Source: Dehalococcoidia bacterium
Lineage (GTDB): Bacteria > Chloroflexota > Dehalococcoidia > Lucifugimonadales > UBA3495
Assembly: GCA_965261885.1 (NCBI GenBank)
Contig: CBDHDY010000039.1
Coordinates: 94,623-158,622, forward strand
Reading direction: 5' to 3'
Length of the DNA stretch: 64,000 nucleotides
Position 1 is the stretch's first letter. Each line of letters opens with the position of its first letter. A program made the position numbers and the translations under genes. The notes under the pieces were generated by a model. The model was not told the DNA's origin. It saw only the letters and a program-made list of their open reading frames with translations, and made no database searches. This document shows, piece by piece, positions 56,776 through 64,000 of this stretch.

Positions 56776-58026
56776 ATGAATCACGCCGTTATGGTTAAGA
56801 TGCAATTTGGTCGAGGACCCGTCCGACCTGAAGCAGTGGGACCTCTGATGGGCCAGCGATGCCCGGAGTCCGCCCGGCTGGGCGGCCCAGACACGTGCAT
56901 GGCGCTATCCGCAGACACCCCCATTCCGACTCCGGAGGGGTGGGTTGTCCTCCAAGACATTGAGCCCGGCCAAGTGGTATTCGACGAGAGGGGTGATCCA
57001 TGTCCGGTCATTGCGGTATGCCGACGGAACCCTGAGCCAGTATATTGCGTCGAGTTCGACGACCGCTCCTCCCTGATCGCAGGGCAGCATCACCATTGGG
57101 TCAGTATCCGTCATCAGCAACGGCATCGAGTGCGCAACGGTAGAAATACGCTCGCGGGGTGGACCACAGACCTCATGCCCGCCACCACCTCGGACATCCG
57201 CCAGTACATTGTGGTCCGGGACGGTACAGTGGACAGGGCAATGCACGCCATCCCGCTGGCACGGCCGCTGCGATGTCCTGAAGCAGAACTGGCAATAGAC
57301 CCGTATCTGCTCGGATTGTGGCTTGGGGACGGCAGCTGCGGCGATGCAAGAATCACGTGCCACAGAGACGATGAACCCCACTACCGGAGGAGGGCAGAGG
57401 CTGCGGGGGAGAACTGGCGCATTGGCAGCAGTAAAGGGGATACGTTGAGCTGCACCCTAACGCGCGGCCCAGTCCCACTATTCTCGAGCAGGCTGAGGGG
57501 CATGGAAGTATTACGCGACAAGCATATCCCGCCGCTGTATTTGCGGGCCAGCTTGGGCCAGAGGCTGCAGCTGCTTCAGGGCCTCATGGACTCGGACGGG
57601 CATATTGCTCATGCAGCAGGGACGGCGGAATTCACTTCGACATCGGAGGCATTGGCTCAGGGAACCTTTGAGCTCGCTCTATCCCTTGGGCAAAAGGCCA
57701 CCTTACGCAAAGGAAACGCGACCCTTAATGGGAGAAGAGTCTCTGACAAGTGGCGGGTCTGCTATTCACCCACCATCGTCGCGGTCTCCCTGCCCCGCAA
57801 GGTTGCAGAATTGCATCCCCACATGAACCAGCGTCGCCGGGCTGGTGTTGCCCGCACCGACCAGAGGTACATCCAGTCGATTGAACATGTCGGAGAAGAA
57901 CTCACCGTTTGCGTAGCTGCCGAATCGTTCAACCGCATGATGTTGGCAGGCCAGCACATGGTTCCGGTGAGAACGGCCGGTGTGCCTGGGGATCCTGGGT
58001 GGTGCCCAGCCAGTGTCACTCAATAG
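56776..58026 (+). CDS. Free-standing Hint + LAGLIDADG (intein-derived) protein
   Basis: Block A-like (C)MALSADTPIPTPEGWVVLQDIEPGQVVFDE, block B IAGQHHHWV, LAGLIDADG motifs YLLGLWLGDGS and LLQGLMDSDGH, block F/G-like ELTVCVAAESFNRMMLAGQHMVPVRT. There is no terminal HN and no flanking extein. An alternative start is ATG 56899. Confidence 0.7.
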   Translation: MNHAVMVKMQFGRGPVRPEAVGPLMGQRCPESARLGGPDTCMALSADTPIPTPEGWVVLQDIEPGQVVFDERGDPCPVIAVCRRNPEPVYCVEFDDRSSLIAGQHHHWVSIRHQQRHRVRNGRNTLAGWTTDLMPATTSDIRQYIVVRDGTVDRAMHAIPLARPLRCPEAELAIDPYLLGLWLGDGSCGDARITCHRDDEPHYRRRAEAAGENWRIGSSKGDTLSCTLTRGPVPLFSSRLRGMEVLRDKHIPPLYLRASLGQRLQLLQGLMDSDGHIAHAAGTAEFTSTSEALAQGTFELALSLGQKATLRKGNATLNGRRVSDKWRVCYSPTIVAVSLPRKVAELHPHMNQRRRAGVARTDQRYIQSIEHVGEELTVCVAAESFNRMMLAGQHMVPVRTAGVPGDPGWCPASVTQ

Positions 58027-58068
58027 AGCCGCGCCCGAGTTGTGGCCGAGGCTTCGGCGCCCACTCAC

Positions 58069-58220
58069 CTAAACTAAAGCCAAGGTGAAATGCGCAGATG
58101 GTGGGGGCAAACGACGGAGCCGGGTCATTCTCCAAGTACGGATGAGAGGGATTCACCGGCATAACCCAGCTGATCATCATCGCCACTTAAATGTACATCC
58201 CACCTTGGCTTTAGTTTAGG
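58069..58220. mobile_element. Miniature TIR-bounded element (MITE/REP-like), copy 2
   Basis: CCTAAACTAAAGCCAAGGTGAAATGCGCA (58069-) faces the inverted TTAAATGTACATCCCACCTTGGCTTTAGTTTAGG (-58220). Confidence 0.6.
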
Positions 58221-58433
58221 ACCAAGGACAGAGTGATTTCATCGGGGGTCTGGACGATTGAAGTTGCGGTTCGCACAACCGATCCTCTGACTGCCGGACC
58301 TAAACCTCCGGGCGGTGGTTTTGCCTGAATGTCCACAACGATCACTGGCGGGAAACGCCCGTATTTCACCAGTGGCGAAAATGCAGACAGTTGAGCTTTG
58401 TGACCCCCTGGCGAAAAAGGGTAAGATGGGCTC

Positions 58434-58690
58434 ATGACCGCCTACGGATACATCGGCACCAGCCGGGATCAGGAACCCGGCCAACCGGGCAGCGACCCCG
58501 ATGTCCAGCGTCGCCAGCTGGTCGAGGTTGGTGTGGACCTCGCGCACATCTACAGCGAGTCGCAGTCTCGGGAGTGTCAATGGCGTCGGCAAAACATACC
58601 GGCTGGGCGTTGGAATGTTGTACCACCCAAGTCATGCGTGGCGGCTTCAATATAGCTGGAGGCAAGGTCGACCAGCGGCGGCGTTGACTG
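58434..58690 (+). pseudogene. Serine-recombinase N-terminal remnant
   Basis: MTAYGYIGTSRDQEPGQ...DVQRRQLVEVGVDLAHIYSE. Frameshifted pieces follow, and the catalytic-motif region is degenerate. Confidence 0.4.
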
Positions 58691-59288
58691 CGTGCTAAGC
58701 GTCGGCCGGTTGGTCGAGAGATGACGAGGCCGTGTTCTGCCGGTTGCACTTGAGGCGGTAGCTGTCGCCACTCTTCCTCGGGTGGATGGTAGACCGGACC
58801 GGAGCGTACACCGAGTCGCTTCTCATCCTGAGTATAATGTACGGGGCCAGCGCCGCACTGTTTCTCATAGCGAGACGGCCCCACGCCCGGGATGCGTCGA
58901 CCTGACGGAAAGGACAGCAGCAATCGGTCCTTCTTCCGGGTGAAATTAGGGTCTGGAACACGGGAGCCAACTTTCGGGCAAGCAAGTGAATTGGCCCACC
59001 CACCTGACGGCCCTGCGACGAGCCAGGGAGACGCCCTCACCCTAACCCTCTCCGGAAGGGAGAGGGAACTTTTCTAACACCCTCTTGGAAATGATCCGCT
59101 AGCCAACGATCGTTCCAGCCGATGCTGGCGGGGGTGGCGTTGCATTGCCTTTCCACCCTGAGCCCTAACCCTTTCCGCAAAGGGGGAGGATACTTTGAGA
59201 TTGTATCTAGGGGAGAGGTTAATTTGGAAACAAGCTATGGCAATGGATCGATGACGGAACCGGCAGTCCTGAACGCGGCCCCGCTTCA

Positions 59289-60566
59289 TTGATTGCATCA
59301 CTGGCTGACCTCCGCTGCCGAGTGATTGGCGTCTACCCGGGGTGGTGGGTGGTGGGCGCCTGCTGCTTTTTGGCCCTATTTCCCGGAGCGGTCCTCTCCT
59401 ACGGTTTTCCTGTCTTCTACATCCCCATACGCGATGAGCTGATGCTGACCGATACCCAGGTCTCCCTGATATTCGCCCTTTCGCGGGCAGAGGCGGGAAT
59501 CGGCGGGCCAATAGTCGGGTGGATGGTGGACAAGTTCGATTCCCGCCCTATCGTGATGGTGTTCGGACTCATGGCGGGAGTGGGGTTGATAGTTCTGTCC
59601 GGCGTTGACGGATACTGGTATTTCGTACTGGTCTACGTCGGCATTGTGTCCGTGGGGAACAACAGCGGATTCGGCCAGACCTTCCTGGCAGTCGTCAACC
59701 GCTGGTTCGTGCGGCGTCGCGCCCTGGGGATGACCGTGGTAGTCACCTGCTACACGGTGGGCGGGGCCATGCTGCTTCCCGTGCTTTCCCGGGGAGTGGA
59801 GGCAATAGGCTGGCGCGACGTTGTGCTATACACGGGCATCTTTGTGGTCGCAGTGGTGATCCCTTTCGCTCTGTTCATCCGTCGGTCCCCGGAGTCCGCC
59901 GGGATCGACCTGGCCGAAGTCGGCGAGGCGGCGGAACAGGCGGCTGTGACCTCCTCGGCCCAGTCGTCAGGCTACGACTACACCGTCCGGGAGGCCCTGA
60001 GGACTCCGATTTACTGGTACATCGTGGTGGCGAGTGCGCTTCGAATCTCCGTAACCAATGGAATCCTGATACACGCGATTCCGATAATGGTCTGGAAAGG
60101 AACCTCGGAGCAGACCGGCGCTGACATGATGGCCCTTCTGTTCTTCGTCTCTATTCCGGCGCGCCTGCTTCTGGGTCTTTCGGGACTCAGATTGCCCGGC
60201 CAGGGAGTGCTCAGTGCCGGGATGCTAGTGGGTGGCATTTCAGTCCTGGCTTTGAACCTGGTGACTGACACATGGATTATATTCCTTTTCGTTGCAGGCA
60301 TGGCGATCCATGAGGGGACGTCGGTACTCAACTGGGTGCTGGTGGGCAATCTGTTCGGCCGCCGAAGCTTCGCCACTCTTAGCGGCATTATCTCGATCTT
60401 CTATAGCGTGGGCATGATGCTGACGCCGTTGTTCCTCGGGTGGATGGTGGACCGGACCGGAGGTTATACCGAGTCGCTGCTGATCCTCACGGTCCTGTAT
60501 GGGGTCAGCGCCGGTTTGTTCCTTATTTGCAGGCGGCCTCAGCCCAAGGTGCCCGCGGCCGTGTAG
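59289..60566 (+). CDS. MFS transporter (12-TM)
   Basis: 425 aa with about 12 hydrophobic segments and a central hydrophilic loop (RRSPESAGIDLAEVGEAAEQAAV). The loop 2-3 motif is GGPIVGWMVDKFDSRP. The start codon is uncertain (TTG 59289 or GTG 59322). Confidence 0.8.
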   Translation: MIASLADLRCRVIGVYPGWWVVGACCFLALFPGAVLSYGFPVFYIPIRDELMLTDTQVSLIFALSRAEAGIGGPIVGWMVDKFDSRPIVMVFGLMAGVGLIVLSGVDGYWYFVLVYVGIVSVGNNSGFGQTFLAVVNRWFVRRRALGMTVVVTCYTVGGAMLLPVLSRGVEAIGWRDVVLYTGIFVVAVVIPFALFIRRSPESAGIDLAEVGEAAEQAAVTSSAQSSGYDYTVREALRTPIYWYIVVASALRISVTNGILIHAIPIMVWKGTSEQTGADMMALLFFVSIPARLLLGLSGLRLPGQGVLSAGMLVGGISVLALNLVTDTWIIFLFVAGMAIHEGTSVLNWVLVGNLFGRRSFATLSGIISIFYSVGMMLTPLFLGWMVDRTGGYTESLLILTVLYGVSAGLFLICRRPQPKVPAAV

Positions 60567-61683
60567 CGCTCCAGGGTCCTTGGCGACACCGCATCATTTT
60601 TGACCCTCCTCTCATGGACGGCGCTATAGTGCTCCACCCCGATACCCCAGACTGTGAGGTCAAACTCACAATCACCCTAAACACGCTGCCTAGCCCAACA
60701 GTGGTAAGACGAATCAAGCTCAAGAGGTATAGACCTCGGAGTTGAGTTGAACAACGCTGACCAGGAGTAGTAGTACAGCGCCAATGCCAACGGCGATTTA
60801 CGAAAGGCTTTCGACCCTATATTTCAACTCCGTAACATTCTGGAGAGAACCTGAAACCACCCCTTCGCGTTTCTCTTGCGACGCCCGATAAATACAGTTA
60901 TACGGTGTAGCAGGACGTCCGCCAACTCCTCTAAATTGGACTCCATATAGTCGGCCGGAATCATTGGGCGGCGCGCTGTGACCAGAGGTGGCTCCAGCGC
61001 CCTACCTTGTCCGATATGCCTGAGATCGCAGCGGCCATTTCCGGAAAACTCGTGGCGGCAGCTAGTACGGTTTAAGGAAGGTCTGAATGGCAATCTACAA
61101 AATGTCCGACGGAAACAACCTTATGGCTGGCACACTCACCGATCTCTGAAGCTATCGCGGAACCTGCTGACGATATGCCGTAGACGCATTTCCACGAGAT
61201 TGTTAATGCGAAGGTGTGCTCTCGACAAAGCCAAACTCGGTGAGGTTGCAGCAGTGGATCCCTTAACGCTCACAGAAGTCAAAGATTCGCCTTTAGTCCT
61301 CTCGAGAATTGTGCCGGTCCGGCGGGAGGGGAACAAAGTCTACATGAGAACCCTCCGCTATGGAGAGGAGGACTCCGGCGAAGTAGTTCACCTGCAGCCA
61401 GGAGACCAACCAATCATTGCTGCAGGCGACTGGACGATTGATTCCAGGGAAGTAGACGCACAGAGTGAGCCTGGATTCCGGGGCTACGCACCTGTGGCAA
61501 ACACCGTGTATGTTTGGTGTCACATAGTCCGCGAGCAGGTGAGTTTTTATATTTTTTCTTCTCCTTAGGCTGGATGCAGCACACGCGCTTTGGGCTTCGG
61601 CAGTTCAAGAACGCGAAAAGGCAAAGGCAGCAGCCTCCATTCAAAGCAGAATCAACTACCTTAACGCCCTAGCAACCGCAGAG

Positions 61684-62040
61684 ATGGCCATCATCGCACT
61701 ACACCGCGCCCTGGCGATGGTAACCACTCTCGTTAACGAATACTGCCCTGATCTTAATGCGCCAGAAAGCGTGCAGCGAATCACCATACCCGTGGCGGCC
61801 ATGCGCAGGGCCTTCGAACACATCGACGAACGCGCTCAAGGAAAAGTGGGGGCGTCTGCGAAGGCCGACATAGACGCGTTAACAATCTTCGATCAAACAG
61901 ACTTTATCGAATCTTCCACCCTTCCCTATAAGAACTATTCCCTTGACTTTGAAGCGGACATTCTGCCAGCCCTAATGGATTCCCGAGAATTGATTGTGAA
62001 TGCGATAGACTCTCGAGCCTCCCTCCAAGCGACTGAATAA
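61684..62040 (+). CDS. Hypothetical protein
   Basis: 118-aa ORF with an ATG start in an AT-richer stretch. No motif was recognised. Confidence 0.35.
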   Translation: MAIIALHRALAMVTTLVNEYCPDLNAPESVQRITIPVAAMRRAFEHIDERAQGKVGASAKADIDALTIFDQTDFIESSTLPYKNYSLDFEADILPALMDSRELIVNAIDSRASLQATE

Positions 62041-62161
62041 GAAAACTCCTCTTACACTGACACGCATCCCCCTCTAGGCGTCCTTTAGGAGTGGCCGGAT
62101 CGCCAGATTGATCCTAATCTGGATAGGGACCGAACATAGCCCAATTGTTATAGCCACTGGC

Positions 62162-62841
62162 CACTTGCGCTTATCCGTGATTTTGGAAAGCAACCCCGGC
62201 AAATTCCACCCCAACCAGCCTTGCGCGCCCCCCGGTCGTGGGCTATATTTGCGCTGTGGCTTTCCAAAATGTCATTGTATGGTGGTAGCATGGCACGCAG
62301 ACTCCAGCGGCTCCCCGACTACTTCACCGAAGAGGAAGCCGTCGCCCTGGTCGACGCCGCGCCCAGCTACCCCACGCGCATGGCCTTCCGGATCATGCTC
62401 AGGACCGGCCTGCGGGTGTCGGAGGCCCTGGCGCTGCGGCGCGTAGACCTGCGCCTGGACCAGGACCCGCCGATCATCGTGGTGCGGGCCGACTCCCCGG
62501 GCAATAAAGCCAGGAAGGGCCGGGAGGTCCCTGTGCCGGCCGACCTGGTCGAGAGCCTCCGAGACCTGGCGTCGTCCCATAGCAAGGACCATTACCGGCA
62601 GATGATGGACATTACGCGCCAGCGGATCGGCCAGGTGATGAAGGAGGCGGCGGTCCAGGCAGGGATCGACCCGAAGCGGGCCCACCCCCACGCCTTCCGG
62701 CACACCTACGGCCGCAACTGCGTGCTGAAAGGCGTTCCGATCCCCGTGCTGCAGAAATGGCTGGGCCACGCTTCGATGGTCGACACGCAGAGGTACGTCG
62801 AGCTGGCCGGGGCGCACCACGAATGGGTTAGCCGGCTGTAG
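62162..62841. repeat. Inverted repeat arm B (~680 bp)
   Basis: See 49506-50184. Confidence 0.85.
62290..62841 (+). CDS. Small tyrosine recombinase (183 aa), intact copy
   Basis: MARRLQRLPDYFTEEEAVALV...GLRVSEALALRRVDL (R), HPHAFRHTYG (HxxR), LGHASMVDTQRYVEL (H..Y). It lacks the usual N-terminal SAM-like domain. Confidence 0.85.
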   Translation: MARRLQRLPDYFTEEEAVALVDAAPSYPTRMAFRIMLRTGLRVSEALALRRVDLRLDQDPPIIVVRADSPGNKARKGREVPVPADLVESLRDLASSHSKDHYRQMMDITRQRIGQVMKEAAVQAGIDPKRAHPHAFRHTYGRNCVLKGVPIPVLQKWLGHASMVDTQRYVELAGAHHEWVSRL

Positions 62842-62942
62842 GTAAAGTTGGGCGGGTTTATTGAGCAGTTCGGCAAAGCTGAAGAGCCTGACTCGCGGAT
62901 CATGCGCAAAAACCACCTGTTTGTTGGGCAGAAGGAGTAGCG

Positions 62943-63104
62943 ATGGCACAAGACAAGAAGGCGATTGATATCGGCCACGAAATGGCCGAGCTGCTCGTTC
63001 AACGGCGACCTGAGATGAACGGCAAAGACGTCGCCAGTACAACCATGCACGCACTCGAACGCTATGCAATCTCGTTGGAGGGCAGTGGCGAATCAAGGAT
63101 CTGA
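62943..63104 (+). CDS. Hypothetical mini-protein (53 aa; below ORF-track cutoff)
   Basis: ATG lies 7 nt after AAGGAG. The product is MAQDKKAIDIGHEMAELLVQRRPEMNGKDVASTTMHALERYAISLEGSGESRI. Confidence 0.4.
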   Translation: MAQDKKAIDIGHEMAELLVQRRPEMNGKDVASTTMHALERYAISLEGSGESRI

Positions 63105-63207
63105 AGCTGTCTGTTTAGTCTTAAGGACGAAGTGGAAAGCCGTATTAGAAGCCTTTAAGGATGCGGGCAAAACAACCGTTTATTGAGCAAGGGGGACCAA
63201 GCACCGA

Positions 63208-63591
63208 ATGGCAAGGATAGAAGAAGAGGAAATAACAGACTTGGACGGACGCGTAATTAAGAGGCGCATCCTCCAAGCCGACAGGATCCGAATTACGCTT
63301 CCTGATGGAACGGAAGAAGAACTAGATGACCCCCCAGATGACTTCAGAGCCGAGGAAGACCCTTGGACTCCTCAAGGCCAGGCGGCACAGTGGGAATTGT
63401 TCAAATTTCCCTTCGCGTCGTTCGAAATCAGGCTAAGCTTTATACCAGGTCGAGAGAGTTTGCCAAGCCTCATAACATTTCTGAATGAAAACGGGGAGAC
63501 TCTACTTAAGCTTGGAACCATAACTCTTCTGATGATGAGGTCGGCGGAACCTGAAGTTGTGCTTGTCGGCGAGGAAATTTCCCAAGACTGA
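63208..63591 (+). CDS. Hypothetical acidic protein
   Basis: 127-aa ORF with an ATG start, in an AT-richer stretch. No motif was recognised. Confidence 0.4.
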   Translation: MARIEEEEITDLDGRVIKRRILQADRIRITLPDGTEEELDDPPDDFRAEEDPWTPQGQAAQWELFKFPFASFEIRLSFIPGRESLPSLITFLNENGETLLKLGTITLLMMRSAEPEVVLVGEEISQD

Positions 63592-63679
63592 ATGCGCCCG
63601 TTTTTTTGCGCAGTCCAGGAGTGGCTGCGAGCGGTTCGCACCCCATGCCCAACTTGCGGGAAGGCTGGATGGAGAACTG

Positions 63680-63916
63680 ATGACTGAGAAAGAGAAATTG
63701 GAGCTAGCGGCTAATGTATTGCGACACTTTGGCCGCAACATCAGAGTGCCAGCCGAGTACTTGGAACGAACAGTAGCAGATGTGCTTGAGGTCCCTGAAA
63801 TACTGGCATTAGTACGGGAAGATTTGGCTAGGGGTATTTATCGGGCCATCCAAGGGGCCGTCTCACACTGGCATGACGCTGGCTACCGGATGGTTCGGGG
63901 CGACGAAGGCGAATAG
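63680..63916 (+). CDS. Hypothetical protein (78 aa)
   Basis: ATG follows GGAGAA. The product is MTEKEKLELAANVLRHFGRNIRVPAEYLERTVADVLEV... Confidence 0.35.
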   Translation: MTEKEKLELAANVLRHFGRNIRVPAEYLERTVADVLEVPEILALVREDLARGIYRAIQGAVSHWHDAGYRMVRGDEGE

Positions 63917-64000
63917 TATCGCCGCTACGCCACCCAGACGCCCGTTTGTTGGGCAGGAGAACACAATGACTCAAAAGGGCATTTCCAAAAACTAGTAGAG

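Noticed and set aside
60767-60785. TAGTAGTACAGCGCC resembling the IS630 copy 2 terminal repeat (possible solo TIR)
   Set aside because: Only ~12 nt match and no partner repeat or TA-flanked unit could be found. This is too short to support.

Overview
This is a 64-kb GC-rich bacterial segment. I found no rRNA, tRNA or cas genes. It reads as a heavily rearranged accessory region. Left third (1-21 kb): a peroxiredoxin fragment, a DinB-family gene, an IS5 nested in the end of an IS1182-like element, a CAP-domain lipoprotein, a stand-alone Type IIG restriction-modification gene broken at a C6 homopolymer, an IS630 that cleanly splits a HEPN-motif gene, and a 1426-aa LRR/Calx-beta surface protein. 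Middle (21-42 kb): one decayed and one intact two-component system, plant-type LRR lipoproteins, a family of bacterial-PH-domain paralogues (two decayed), a second IS630, BI-1 and DUF805 membrane proteins, and a ~0.7-kb segmental duplication. Right third (42-64 kb, with visibly more AT-rich patches) is dense in recombinases: small serine recombinases, an integrase, two inverted copies of a 183-aa tyrosine recombinase, and many fragments. It also carries a Septu-like PtuA/PtuB pair, an RloC-like AAA_13 ATPase with a CxxC hook and a C-terminal Rx4H motif, a truncated DNA methyltransferase, a free-standing intein-derived LAGLIDADG protein, an MFS transporter and orphan ORFs. The best candidates for something new are: (a) a Cys-rich / zinc-ribbon small-protein family (CxDCxEP motif) translationally coupled to two different recombinase classes; (b) the defence patch at 44.8-53.1 kb, including an unassigned 292-aa gene and the N-terminally extended AAA_13/HEPN-like protein; (c) the inverted tyrosine-recombinase repeats bracketing a 12-kb segment; and (d) a family of serine-less resolvase-domain mini-proteins. 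All functional calls rest on motif recognition by eye. No database search was run.
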